DNA from: an uncultured Chlamydiales bacterium
GTDB lineage: Bacteria; Chlamydiota; Chlamydiia; Chlamydiales; FEN-1388
DNA: 64,000 nucleotides
Direction: 5' to 3'
NCBI GenBank assembly: GCA_963785335.1
Contig: CAWAUW010000002.1
Location: 6,820 to 70,819 of the forward strand
Positions 54,221 through 63,148 of this stretch are shown in pieces; position 1 is the first letter of the stretch; each line of letters begins with the position of its first letter. The notes under the pieces were generated by a model. That model ran no database searches. It had not been told where the DNA came from and saw only the letters and a list, made by a program, of their open reading frames with translations. Both the position numbers and the translations under genes were made by a program.

Positions 54221-54228
54221 GTATTTAT

Positions 54229-55716
54229 TTAAAAAGAATATTCTACACTTTTAGTTTCGCGGATGACAGTAACTTGAACACGTAAGGTTGAGGCAAGAGG
54301 CTGAATTTTTTTAGCAATTTGTTTAGCCAAAAATAAGGCGTCAGCATCGCTAACAATATCTGGGCGCACAAATACCTGCAGCTCGCGGCCGGCAGCAAGT
54401 GCAAAGGCAGATCTTACACCCTCAAAGGTTAATGCTTCAGTTTCAAAATCGCGTAGGCGCTTAAAAAAGGTATCGCTATGCTCAAGGCGCGCACCTTTTC
54501 TGGCACCCGACAGATAATCGGCACATTTGACAAGTTTGGCTTCAAGGCTAAGTGCCGGCATTTCATCGTGATGACAGCCAACACCATTGGCAACTTCTTG
54601 GCTTTCACCGCATTCAAGACAAAGATCGTAGCCAGCAAGTGCATGCGAGCGGGGAGTATCCATAGTAATTGCCTTGCCAATATCATGAAGAAGTCCCATG
54701 CGAATGGCAGTAGATATATTAAGTTTAAGCTCAGCTGCAATTTGTCCCATGATGCTTGCAACTTCAATAGAATGATCTAAGAGGTTTTGGCCAAAGCTTG
54801 TCCTAAGCTTTAATCTTCCCAGATGAATAAGCAGTGTTGGATGCAGGCTATGAAGATGGAGTTGAGCTATGGCCTCTTGGCCATATCGTATGAGGGTTGC
54901 ATCAAGATTTGCACTTGCAGCTTCAACTTCTTCTTCAATTCGGGAAAGTGAAATACGTCCATCTTTGATAAGCTCCTGGATAGCAATTTTTGCAATTTCT
55001 CGCCGCTGAAGATCAAAGCACGATAAAACAAGTGCCTCTTTATTTTCATCGATAACTAAAGTCACGCCCGTAAGCTGCTGAAAGGCCTTTATATTCTTGC
55101 CTTCGCGGCCAATAATCTTAGCCTTCATCTCTTCATTTGGAAGAACAATTTCGCATGTTGTAGCATCCGTAAGCGCTTTATGGGGCAGTCGTGCAAGTGC
55201 CGTTGCAACAAGGCTATGAACGTGGTTTTCAAGGCGCAATTCAATTTCAGAGCGTTTTTGAAAAAATAGCATCTGGCATTCTTTTTCTGCTTCTTTTTCA
55301 GCCCTGGCAAGCACTTCTTTTCGAGCATCTTCAGCCGTTAGCATGCAGAGGGCATTGTAGCGCTCTAACGCTTGTTGTAGTTCTTTTTCACGTAAGTCAA
55401 AAGCTTTTTCTTTTTTTTCAAGCTCATGCTGTTTTTGAAGAATTTTATTTTTTTCTTTAGAGAAAAGATCTTCTTTTGATTCAAGTAGCTGCTGGTTTTT
55501 GGTGCAAATTGCAAGTATTTGATGAGCTTTTTGCTCTGCTGCAAATATAAGTTGTTTAGCTTCGAGCCGAGCTGCATCAAGAGCTAGTTTTGCCTTATTT
55601 TCAGCCTGTTCTAAAAGTGTTTTTGCTAAAAGATTGGCATTTAATTGCTGCTTTTTTTGAAAATAAAAAAAACATAAAAAACTAACTCCAATAATAGCAA
55701 CTACTACAGCAACCAT
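54229..55716 (-). CDS. rny: Ribonuclease Y
   Basis: N-terminal TM, coiled coil, KH domain (IIGREGKNIKAFQQLTGV) and HD domain (LLHDIGKA). Confidence 0.95.
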   Translation of the reverse strand: MVAVVVAIIGVSFLCFFYFQKKQQLNANLLAKTLLEQAENKAKLALDAARLEAKQLIFAAEQKAHQILAICTKNQQLLESKEDLFSKEKNKILQKQHELEKKEKAFDLREKELQQALERYNALCMLTAEDARKEVLARAEKEAEKECQMLFFQKRSEIELRLENHVHSLVATALARLPHKALTDATTCEIVLPNEEMKAKIIGREGKNIKAFQQLTGVTLVIDENKEALVLSCFDLQRREIAKIAIQELIKDGRISLSRIEEEVEAASANLDATLIRYGQEAIAQLHLHSLHPTLLIHLGRLKLRTSFGQNLLDHSIEVASIMGQIAAELKLNISTAIRMGLLHDIGKAITMDTPRSHALAGYDLCLECGESQEVANGVGCHHDEMPALSLEAKLVKCADYLSGARKGARLEHSDTFFKRLRDFETEALTFEGVRSAFALAAGRELQVFVRPDIVSDADALFLAKQIAKKIQPLASTLRVQVTVIRETKSVEYSF

Positions 55717-56606
55717 TATGAGCCTCTTACGAGGGGTGTAATTTTTACTTTTTCTACAAAACGATCACCCGAACTTAAGATTTCGATATCAAAATCATCA
55801 TGGTGCAATACTACGCCTTTTTTGGGAATCGTGCCAAGTCGATAAAACACATAGCCTGCCATGGTATCATATTCACCTTCTTGTGGCACTTTAATGCCTA
55901 TTTCTTCGGCAAGATCAAGTAAGTTTATGCGGCCATCTACTATCCAAGCACCCCTCCCGGTAGGCAATACAAGCACTTCTGCCTCATCATATTCATCGGC
56001 AATCTCACCTACTATTTCTTCCAAAATATCTTCGATGGTAACTACGCCTGCAGTGCCGCCATATTCATCCACAACTACGGCTAGGTGCATCTGTTTTTTT
56101 CGAAATTCTTGTAAAAGTAATGATATTTTCTTTGTCTCGGGGGTATAAAGCACACTTTTGGCAAGATCTTCTATACTTTGTTCTAAGAAATCTTTTCCTT
56201 TATGCTCTGCCTCATTTTGCATGTACTTTGCCAAAATATCCTTGTACATAAGAACGCCTACGATATGATCGTGAGTATTTTTATACACCGGAACACGGCT
56301 GTAGCCCTCTTTTTGCATGGCTTTTGCGGCTTGGCGAATGGTGCAATTTTCAGGAAGGCAAAAAAGGTCAACTCTTGGAACCATAACCTCGCGCACAATG
56401 CGATCTCGAAAGGTAAGTACTGACTGAAAAAGCTTTTTATCATGTTCGCTTAGCAAATTGCCAACGCCCATTTCAGAAATTAAGTCAGCAAGGGTTTCTA
56501 CACTATGCTTTTTTACAAAAAGTCTCTTTAGGCTATTTCTAAAGTAAAAAGCAATAAGCAATGCGGCTGCCAGGCAAATCAGCAAAACAATGGTTATTTC
56601 CGACAT
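55716..56606 (-). CDS. CBS-pair / CorC_HlyC-domain protein (TlyC/CorC-like) with an N-terminal TM
   Basis: Tandem CBS region (VREVMVPRVD...GYSRVPVY) and a C-terminal transporter-associated domain (GEYDTMAGYVFYRLGTIPKKG). Confidence 0.85.
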   Translation of the reverse strand: MSEITIVLLICLAAALLIAFYFRNSLKRLFVKKHSVETLADLISEMGVGNLLSEHDKKLFQSVLTFRDRIVREVMVPRVDLFCLPENCTIRQAAKAMQKEGYSRVPVYKNTHDHIVGVLMYKDILAKYMQNEAEHKGKDFLEQSIEDLAKSVLYTPETKKISLLLQEFRKKQMHLAVVVDEYGGTAGVVTIEDILEEIVGEIADEYDEAEVLVLPTGRGAWIVDGRINLLDLAEEIGIKVPQEGEYDTMAGYVFYRLGTIPKKGVVLHHDDFDIEILSSGDRFVEKVKITPLVRGS

Positions 56607-57061
56607 AAGATATTTCCGGTTTTTTCAAGCAGCTTCATATATTTTTGTTCTTTTGCGCGCATGATTGTGCGATCTTTTGCATCGATATCATCATATCCAA
56701 TAAGATGCAATAGTCCATGCACAATGTAAAGTGTTATCTCGCGATAAGGGTCTTGGCCATTTTCTTCAGCATATAGAAGTGCCTGTTTTGGACAAACAAA
56801 GACATCACCTAAATAGCAAAAACCCGCTTGAGATTCTTTGTCCATAGGAAAAGAGATGCAATCGGTGATTGTAGGATCACCAAAAAATTCATTATGCATT
56901 TTACAAATGACAGGGGCTGAAACAAAATGAAGGGCCACTTCATCAAAAGGCTGTTTTTCAGCAGCAAGAACAAGAAACGAAAGCATTTCAAGCTTGTGGC
57001 GTTCGTGTTTAACGGGCAGGTCTTTTTGTCTATCTGAAATGAGTACCTTCATATACTTCAA
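56594..57061 (-). CDS. ybeY: rRNA maturation endoribonuclease YbeY
   Basis: Zinc motif HGLLHLIGYDD. The ATG at 57052 is an alternative start. Confidence 0.9.
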   Translation of the reverse strand: MKYMKVLISDRQKDLPVKHERHKLEMLSFLVLAAEKQPFDEVALHFVSAPVICKMHNEFFGDPTITDCISFPMDKESQAGFCYLGDVFVCPKQALLYAEENGQDPYREITLYIVHGLLHLIGYDDIDAKDRTIMRAKEQKYMKLLEKTGNILCRK

Positions 57062-57114
57062 CCATATTGTGAAGGCAAAATCTTTGCAAGAGCCAAAAAT
57101 ACAAAAAAAATAAT

Positions 57115-57158
57115 TTTTACCACAGAGGACAAAGTCTTTCTTTGCCTCTGTGGTAAAA
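57115..57158 (-). terminator. Rho-independent terminator of the small-protein operon
   Basis: On the minus strand: TTTTACCACAGAGG-(16 nt)-CCTCTGTGGTAAAA followed by ATTATTTTTTTT. The arm resembles the family C tip TTTTACCGCAGAG. Confidence 0.7.
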
Positions 57159-57173
57159 TAGAAAAATATTCGC

Positions 57174-57335
57174 TTATGGCGTGATTGGAGTCTTTGGGAG
57201 GCCTGTTACTTTCGTATTTTGGCCGTCTTTCCAGCGTCCGAGCTTTTTGAGGGCATCGATACGTTCAAATCGCTTTAGAACATTTCGCTTTTTAACCGAT
57301 TTATTTGACTTTCCAAAACTTGGATGTCGTGACAT
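57174..57335 (-). CDS. 53-aa small basic protein (below the ORF-track size cut-off)
   Basis: Hand translation: MSRHPSFGKSNKSVKKRNVLKRFERIDALKKLGRWKDGQNTKVTGLPKTPITP. From memory it resembles the conserved small basic protein family of PVC-group bacteria. Confidence 0.65.
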   Translation of the reverse strand: MSRHPSFGKSNKSVKKRNVLKRFERIDALKKLGRWKDGQNTKVTGLPKTPITP

Positions 57336-57352
57336 GCTAATTCGTCTCCAGT

Positions 57353-57526
57353 TTACAGTTTGGGAATATAAGCTTTAAGTGCAACCTGCAAGCCGGAAAG
57401 GGCATTTGCATGCTCTTTAAAGCCTTTACTTAACGCATCTTTCTTTGGGCCCGTCTTTGCAAGACCAACTTTTGGCCTGCGGGGCGAGACCGAACGATCT
57501 CTTGTTTTTTTACTTAAGCGTACCAT
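57353..57526 (-). CDS. 57-aa small basic protein (below the ORF-track size cut-off)
   Basis: An AAGGAG SD lies 7 nt upstream of the ATG at 57526. Translation: MVRLSKKTRDRSVSPRRPKVGLAKTGPKKDALSKGFKEHANALSGLQVALKAYIPKL. It does not match any ribosomal protein I can recall. Confidence 0.55.
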   Translation of the reverse strand: MVRLSKKTRDRSVSPRRPKVGLAKTGPKKDALSKGFKEHANALSGLQVALKAYIPKL

Positions 57527-57568
57527 TGGATTACTCCTTGCAACAGTTGGGTGGACATTGTATCGATT

Positions 57569-58219
57569 TTATTCTTTTATCGCAATTGTTTGCGACGTCT
57601 TTGTAGCACCAAAGCTCATTACATATTTAAGAGCCTCATCGGCAGGAAGATCCAGCACGCATACATCGTCCTTTTTGAAGACTAAAAGAAAGCCATTTGT
57701 AGAATTTGGCGAAGAAGGCACAAAAACAGTAAAATACGAAATAGTCTCTGATGTTGTAAGCTTTGCAGTAAATTCACCGGTAATAATACCTACTGTATAC
57801 TGCTCTACGGAAGGGTATGGAACAAGAGCCGATTGACGCAATACCTCTATGGGCGGTTGAAAAAATACAGTAACTAAATCTTTTAATGGGCCATATATAT
57901 TTTTTATTACTGGTATTTTAAGCAGTACTTTTTCGATATATTCACCTAATGGATGATAAAGTACACGCGCAGCAAAAAATCCAACAATAAAAATAAAAAA
58001 GGCAAGGAAAGCTATAATTAATATTTTACTTAAATAGTATATAGTTTGTTCTCGTGTAAAAATACCAAAGCCGTTATCAAAAATAGGTGTATTTACAAGA
58101 ATGAGGCGCACGCCATGCTCAAAAGGGGCAGTGATAAGGTTTATGCCAAAAACAAGGATAATATAGGTAAGTAGCACAGGTAAAAGGGTTACAAGACCAA
58201 TAAAAAGGCTTTTTCTCAT
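57569..58219 (-). CDS. DUF502-family membrane protein
   Basis: Two N-terminal TM segments, the IPVIKNIYGPLKDL motif, and SSPNSTNGFLLVFKKDDV. Confidence 0.8.
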   Translation of the reverse strand: MRKSLFIGLVTLLPVLLTYIILVFGINLITAPFEHGVRLILVNTPIFDNGFGIFTREQTIYYLSKILIIAFLAFFIFIVGFFAARVLYHPLGEYIEKVLLKIPVIKNIYGPLKDLVTVFFQPPIEVLRQSALVPYPSVEQYTVGIITGEFTAKLTTSETISYFTVFVPSSPNSTNGFLLVFKKDDVCVLDLPADEALKYVMSFGATKTSQTIAIKE

Positions 58220-58839
58220 ATAGAGGTGCTCTTTTCATCTTTTTGTATTTGAGGCAAGAGTACGCCGCAAGAAATAATAAACCGCAAAGCCTCTTCAACC
58301 TTCATATCTAGCACGGTGACATCTTCTTTACGATACATCAGTAAAAAACCAGTAGTTGGGTTAGGTGTTGTTGGCACAAATACGGCAATCCGTCCTTCCA
58401 GGGACTCTTCTTGAGTTACAAAACCTACTACTAAGGCCCCAGGATGCGGAAAAGGTACAAGCACAACTTGCTTAAAAGAAGTACTGTCTTTTTTAAAAAC
58501 TGATTGGATGAATTCTTGCGTCGTTTTATAGACCGAACTTACAATAGGGATTCTATGTAAAATTGCATCAGAAAACTCAAGAAGGTACTTAAAGAAAAAA
58601 TAGCGTCCAATAGCACCAATTGAGATTATTAAACCAAATAGCATAACTAAAGCCAGGATCTTGCCGCCAAAATCCAAAGCTTCCCTGGTTTGCACTCCCA
58701 AAAGTTTTAAAATGCCCACAGCAATGCCGGTAAATGGATCTGAAAGCACACCCAGAATAAAACTTATAATCCAAAAAGTAAGAGCCAGGGGCAATAGCAC
58801 CACAAGCCCTGTAGCAAAATACTTTTTATACCTTCTCAT
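58216..58839 (-). CDS. DUF502-family membrane protein (tandem paralogue)
   Basis: Same architecture as its neighbour: IPIVSSVYKTTQEF and TTPNPTTGFLLMYRKEDV. It has a 4-nt overlap with the downstream paralogue. Confidence 0.8.
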   Translation of the reverse strand: MRRYKKYFATGLVVLLPLALTFWIISFILGVLSDPFTGIAVGILKLLGVQTREALDFGGKILALVMLFGLIISIGAIGRYFFFKYLLEFSDAILHRIPIVSSVYKTTQEFIQSVFKKDSTSFKQVVLVPFPHPGALVVGFVTQEESLEGRIAVFVPTTPNPTTGFLLMYRKEDVTVLDMKVEEALRFIISCGVLLPQIQKDEKSTSI

Positions 58840-59035
58840 AAAACCTCATTTATCCGGCATAATAACACAGTAATGGCCTTTGTGATAAGAAAAATACGGG
58901 CGGCGTGAATTTGTTATCTGCAGCATATATAGAAAATTTAATATATGACTTCAAGTCTTTTAGTAGCTAAACACGTTCACTCTAAATCTGCTCTGTAGTA
59001 TGCTGGTAGGGTATACTCTTAGGGAGATTTTAATT

Positions 59036-59761
59036 ATGATAAAGACGGATTGGAATAATGTTGCAAGCATTTTTGATACCCAAAGCCAAGAAGCGATAGA
59101 TCCACGCGCTGCAGATAATATTTTAATTGCATGGCCAGCGATAATTACAATGCTTCAAGATCCATCTTTAGAATATTACCGGCCATTAAGGCTTATATTA
59201 GATTTTGGATGCGGCACGGGTTCTTTTGCACATGAGCTTACCAAAATAGGCTATCAAGCTTCCGGCGTTGATCCGGCAGAAAACATGGTTTCAATTGCAA
59301 AGCGACGCTTTAGAAATGTTGTGATCAATCATGGCACAGTAAATGATATCCCTTGGAATTATACATTTGATGCCATTACGTCAATTATGGTTTTTCAGTT
59401 CCTTGATGAGCCCGTTCTACGGAACACCTTTTGCCGGTTGCTTAGCCATTTAGAACCGCATGCACGCCTTGTTTTTGCTGTGCACAATCCAGACTATCTT
59501 CATTATGCTAAAACGAAAACTGAAAAGTATTTTGAAGATATAAATGGCCAGATGCATATAAGGTTTAAAGAACATGGCGATATAAAGCTCTATCCAAGGT
59601 CAAGTGAAGAATATACAAAAATTTTAGAGTCATTTGGCATGAAAAAGCATGCTGAATCTACACCCCCATTCACACAAACTTACATTGAAAAGTACGGGGC
59701 AAAAGCAAATGAACCCCTTGATGCACCCAAATTTTTGATCATGTCGTTTGTTAAAAGATAA
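59036..59761 (+). CDS. Class I SAM-dependent methyltransferase
   Basis: Motif I ILDFGCGTGSFA, post-I GVDPAENM. An AGGGAG SD lies before the ATG at 59036; the ATG at 59000 is an alternative. Confidence 0.8.
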   Translation: MIKTDWNNVASIFDTQSQEAIDPRAADNILIAWPAIITMLQDPSLEYYRPLRLILDFGCGTGSFAHELTKIGYQASGVDPAENMVSIAKRRFRNVVINHGTVNDIPWNYTFDAITSIMVFQFLDEPVLRNTFCRLLSHLEPHARLVFAVHNPDYLHYAKTKTEKYFEDINGQMHIRFKEHGDIKLYPRSSEEYTKILESFGMKKHAESTPPFTQTYIEKYGAKANEPLDAPKFLIMSFVKR

Positions 59762-59901
59762 ATGTCAACAGACCGCTGTTCAAGCAGTTAAGCTCTGGCT
59801 GCGGCTATGCCAGCATCTTAAGTAAAGAAGCCAGAAAGGCTATTAAAAATGAAAAGCTTCTGGCATAAAGATTTTTTTAACGTGTATCATCCTATAAATA
59901 T

Positions 59902-60341
59902 GCATTTGTTTTAGAGCCCATCAGGGCGACTGATTAAAGCCCACTGGAGATAATTGCAGAAGTCTTTTCATCGTTGCTAGAGCGATTCCTTTTCTATGCA
60001 GATAACTTTTTTTATCATTTCACGATTCTACGAGACTTGTTTTAGAGCCCGTTTTGGGCGATTTATTATAGCCCATAGTGACCTAAAGGGAACTATGGGT
60101 ATACAAAAAACCATCCTGGAGCCCGTTCAGGGGCGATTCAATCTTACTCTTTTGCCTTATTAACATTTGTGTACGATTTGAATCACCCTAAAAGGGTTCC
60201 AGAAATGGGTGTGCGATTCCCACACTTCCTTACGGTCAGTGTGGGCTCTAAAACAAAATACAACCTTTCATTAGAAAAATATTTTATTGACACTTATGCA
60301 ATTATCTCACTGTGACCATAAGAGAACTGTGGGGGGGGGGG
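59902..60341. repeat. Irregular cluster of short direct and inverted repeats ending in a G11 tract
   Basis: GTTTTAGAGCCC occurs at ~59909 and ~60039 and inverted at ~60243. The palindrome CTGGAGCCCGTTCAGGGGCGATTCAATC / GATTTGAATCACCCTAAAAGGGTTCCAG is at 60116-60201. There are 28-nt hairpin units such as CCCATAGTGACCTAAAGGGAACTATGGG. G11 is at 60331-60341. Confidence 0.8.
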
Positions 60342-60345
60342 CAGG

Positions 60346-60668
60346 CCTAGGGTGTTGATTTGAGGGCGTTTTTGCGACATGAATATCATGCAATATTTGT
60401 CCTTGAATGAGGCGCTTGGCGCATGTTTTTTGAGCGAAGCTCTTTGGAGTGACTCGATTCATCGAGTCTTTTCTTAGGCCGATTCATCGGCCGCGCCGAC
60501 ATGAGCTTTATGCTTATCAATCTGGCCGCAAAAGTTTCAAGCAGTGCGGCCGATGAATCGGCCTAAGAAAAGACTCGATGAATCGAGTCACTCCAAAAAA
60601 ACTTCTGCCAAGGACAACTATTGAAAGAAAATCATTTTGTAAAAAAGCACTTAAATCAACACCCTAGG
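60346..60668. repeat. Palindromic element, family G copy 1 (TIR CCTAGGGTGTTGATTT), carrying a nested element
   Basis: The left tip CCTAGGGTGTTGATTTGAG pairs with the right tip CTTAAATCAACACCCTAGG. The family G tip recurs at 63149-63521. Confidence 0.85.
60436..60605. repeat. 170-bp near-perfect palindrome, family H, nested in family G copy 1
   Basis: The arms are GAAGCTCTTTGGAGTGACTCGATTCATCGAGTCTTTTCTTAGGCCGATTCATCGGCCGC and their complement. Each arm contains two mini-hairpins: GACTCGATtcATCGAGTC and GGCCGATtcATCGGCC. Confidence 0.9.
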
Positions 60669-60786
60669 GCAGGCCTCAATCTAGAGCCCTTCAGGGACGA
60701 TTCAAATCTCACATCGGTCTTTCCATTTTCTTGAAACTATACTTATAAATAGGTAAAATAATGAAATTATAATAAAGGAAAACATT

Positions 60787-62253
60787 TTGGTTTCATTATC
60801 GGGTATATCTGGTTTAAACAGTTATCCATCTATAGTTTTGCAGAATGAATTTAATGAGCTATATAATAAACTTCAGGATATTTTATATGAAAAAGCAGAT
60901 GCTACCTCTTTTCTGAATTCTCTTACACTTAAACAACTACGCCTTATATCAACTGAAGGGAAAACTAAGGGTGCCAGCATACTGTGGTGTATTGCCAACC
61001 ACGCTCTACAAAAATTTTCTCCTTTACTTTCCTCTGTATGGGAAAAATTTGGCCAAGAACTCACAATCCAGGATTTGCGCTGCTGCATAGAAGCAGGTAA
61101 TTATGAAGGCACCTCAGTGTTCTGGAATATTGCCTTTACCTTTAGTCCATTACATAGTCCAGGTATCTTTCTGGCTGTATGGGAAAAGTTTATCAATGAA
61201 ATAACTCTCGACGATTTGCGTGTGAAGTGTAAAGCTGGGAGCTTCGCTGGTTCTTCAATGCTGCAAGTCGTATTCTATTGCTCTGTCCATGCAAGTCAAT
61301 TTTTTACTATAGTAAATCAAGTGCTAAACAAAAGAATTACACTTGATGACTTGCTGAATGAAAAAACCACCACTCTACCTTCGGCACTTGCGAGCTTTAC
61401 TACCAAAGAGCTTTTTACTGTGATATATAAGAAATTTGGCAATGAACTTTTAAGTCATTTGCAGGCAGTTTTTAAAGATACTACTATCTTATACACGAGG
61501 ATGCACGAGGCGGCGACACAAGGAAGGAATCGAGAATTTGTTGAAGAAATACTTGCCCAAATGCCCTACGCCTACAATGCAGAAGATTGCTTATTTACAT
61601 CCGAGAAGGCCGCGTGGAGCAAAAAAAATATCAATACAATGCTTTCAGAAAATACAGATTGGGGCGCTAAAATAGCAGCACTGATAGCGGCAAGAAATGC
61701 ATTTTTTGATGAACTCACAAAAATACAAGCCATAGAAGAGCCGGACCCCCATGTTTTTAGTAATATAAAGCAACTTGCCCATGCAGCGACAATTGCAGGC
61801 TACCACAATGCCTACTATGATCTTGGAGGGCTGCTTAAAAAGTACGCACCATTTCAGGAAGAGGCCTGCAAGGCTCTTGCAAATCTTCCAAAAGAGTCAT
61901 TCTACTATGATCAGATAATAATAGAGCTACAGCAAATGTATTTTGCCTTGGCGATTGAAACAGGCAGTAGAAAAAAAATTTACTTGAAAAAAGCCACTAA
62001 AGTCGCCCTAAAACTACCCCCAACACTTCGAGTATCCGCAATTCAAGAAATTGCTTTTCTCTATATGAATGGAACTATGAAGACACATGGAGTGGACCGC
62101 AACATCCTTCCAAAACACATCCTTGAAGTCTTAGATGAAAAAAGAACTCCAGATTGGTGCTTTGAAGTATTCGATGATCTTATAGAAACCTTAGGGTTGA
62201 AAGCAGAACTTGCCACCATCAAAAAGAGAACCCGGCACTTACCAAACTCATAA
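60787..62253 (+). CDS. Hypothetical protein with four ~46-aa N-terminal repeats and a helical-repeat (Sel1/TPR-like) C-terminal half
   Basis: TTG start with an AAGGA SD. The repeats follow the pattern hT(L/I)xDLR...G.S.hW.IA...VWEKFGxE. Its last 110 codons are duplicated downstream. Confidence 0.7.
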   Translation: MVSLSGISGLNSYPSIVLQNEFNELYNKLQDILYEKADATSFLNSLTLKQLRLISTEGKTKGASILWCIANHALQKFSPLLSSVWEKFGQELTIQDLRCCIEAGNYEGTSVFWNIAFTFSPLHSPGIFLAVWEKFINEITLDDLRVKCKAGSFAGSSMLQVVFYCSVHASQFFTIVNQVLNKRITLDDLLNEKTTTLPSALASFTTKELFTVIYKKFGNELLSHLQAVFKDTTILYTRMHEAATQGRNREFVEEILAQMPYAYNAEDCLFTSEKAAWSKKNINTMLSENTDWGAKIAALIAARNAFFDELTKIQAIEEPDPHVFSNIKQLAHAATIAGYHNAYYDLGGLLKKYAPFQEEACKALANLPKESFYYDQIIIELQQMYFALAIETGSRKKIYLKKATKVALKLPPTLRVSAIQEIAFLYMNGTMKTHGVDRNILPKHILEVLDEKRTPDWCFEVFDDLIETLGLKAELATIKKRTRHLPNS

Positions 62254-62685
62254 TAAAAGGGCGCCCCTTTGAGTTATGCCTAATGCAGGCCCGGCCCTTT
62301 TCAATAGAGCTACAGCAAATGTATTTTGCCTTGGCGATTGAAACAGGCAGTAGAAAAAAAATTTACTTGAAAAAAGCCACTAAAGTCGCCCTAAAACTAC
62401 CCCCAACACTTCGAGTATCCGCAATTCAAGAAATTGCTTTTCTCTATATGAATGGAACTATGAAGACACATGGAGTGGACCGCAACATCCTTCCAAAACA
62501 CATCCTTGAAGTCTTAGATGAAAAAAGAACTCCAGATTGGTGCTTTGAAGTATTCGATGATCTTATAGAAACCTTAGGGTTGAAAGCAGAACTTGCCACC
62601 ATCAAAAAGAGAACCCGGCACTTACCAAACTCATAATAAAAGGGCGCCCCTTTGAGTTATGCCTAATGCAGGCCCGGCCCTTTTC
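61920..62685 (+). repeat. Exact tandem duplication, 2 x 383 bp
   Basis: 61920-62302 and 62303-62685 read identically by eye, and the ORF-track translations are identical over 110 aa. The unit covers the 3' end of the gene, its stop, the GGGCGCCC hairpin and the GCAGGCCCGGCCCTTTTCAAT motif. Confidence 0.95.
62283..62636 (+). pseudogene. Duplicated 3' gene fragment with a fortuitous ATG (117 codons)
   Basis: After MQARPFS the sequence is identical to the last 110 aa of 60787-62253. No convincing SD. Confidence 0.6.
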
Positions 62686-62765
62686 AATGCAGGCCCTGCC
62701 CTTTTCACTTTTGACTATATTATTAGCTCTGGTATCTTTTATACAAAAAAATTAGGAGAAACTAT

Positions 62766-63107
62766 ATGCAGCCTTGCCAACCAATTGGAACTGGAGCATA
62801 TACTAGCGCAGTCAATTCTGTTCCATCTATGTCTGTCTTATCGACCACACAACATGTGGGCGCTTTTGCACTAGGGGTACTATGCGGAGCATCTTGCGGT
62901 AAAAATTGTTTTAATTTGACAGTCTGCTCAATTACGGCCTATTCCACGATAAATGCAGCTAAGTTGTTTGTTAACGGACCTAGCGCTTTTCTCACTGACA
63001 CAGTCATCGATGCCACTCTTGGAGCAACAGGTTTTTTTTGGGGCCTCTTTTTTGTAAGACCATGCTGTGGGAACCATACTAATGTCTGGACTGGACGCGT
63101 GGAATAA
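62766..63107 (+). CDS. Small Cys-rich hydrophobic protein (113 aa)
   Basis: A strong AGGAG SD lies 8 nt before the ATG. It has 8 Cys residues and hydrophobic stretches (GAFALGVLCGASCG, GATGFFWGLFFV). It is flanked by inverted GGCCCTTTTCA motifs. Confidence 0.6.
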   Translation: MQPCQPIGTGAYTSAVNSVPSMSVLSTTQHVGAFALGVLCGASCGKNCFNLTVCSITAYSTINAAKLFVNGPSAFLTDTVIDATLGATGFFWGLFFVRPCCGNHTNVWTGRVE

Positions 63108-63148
63108 TCCAAAAGTTTATGAACACGAGTGAAAAGGGCCTTGAAAAG

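Noticed and set aside
53522-54254. ORFs of 100-154 codons inside the 630-bp palindrome (53522-53899, 53539-54003, 53604-53912, 53949-54254), and the 67-codon N-terminal extension of the 51469-53736 ORF
   Set aside because: They are mirror images of each other generated by the inverted repeat. Their composition is low-complexity Cys/Phe/Lys-rich. The downstream gene has a sensible ATG at 53535 or 53523 outside the repeat.
59902-60341. GTTTTAGAGCC strings resembling type II CRISPR repeats
   Set aside because: There are only three occurrences and one is inverted. Spacing is irregular (about 130 and 200 nt), and the flanking sequence differs beyond ~12 nt. No cas genes or tracrRNA-like partner are in the window. 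The strings behave like parts of nested palindromic elements.
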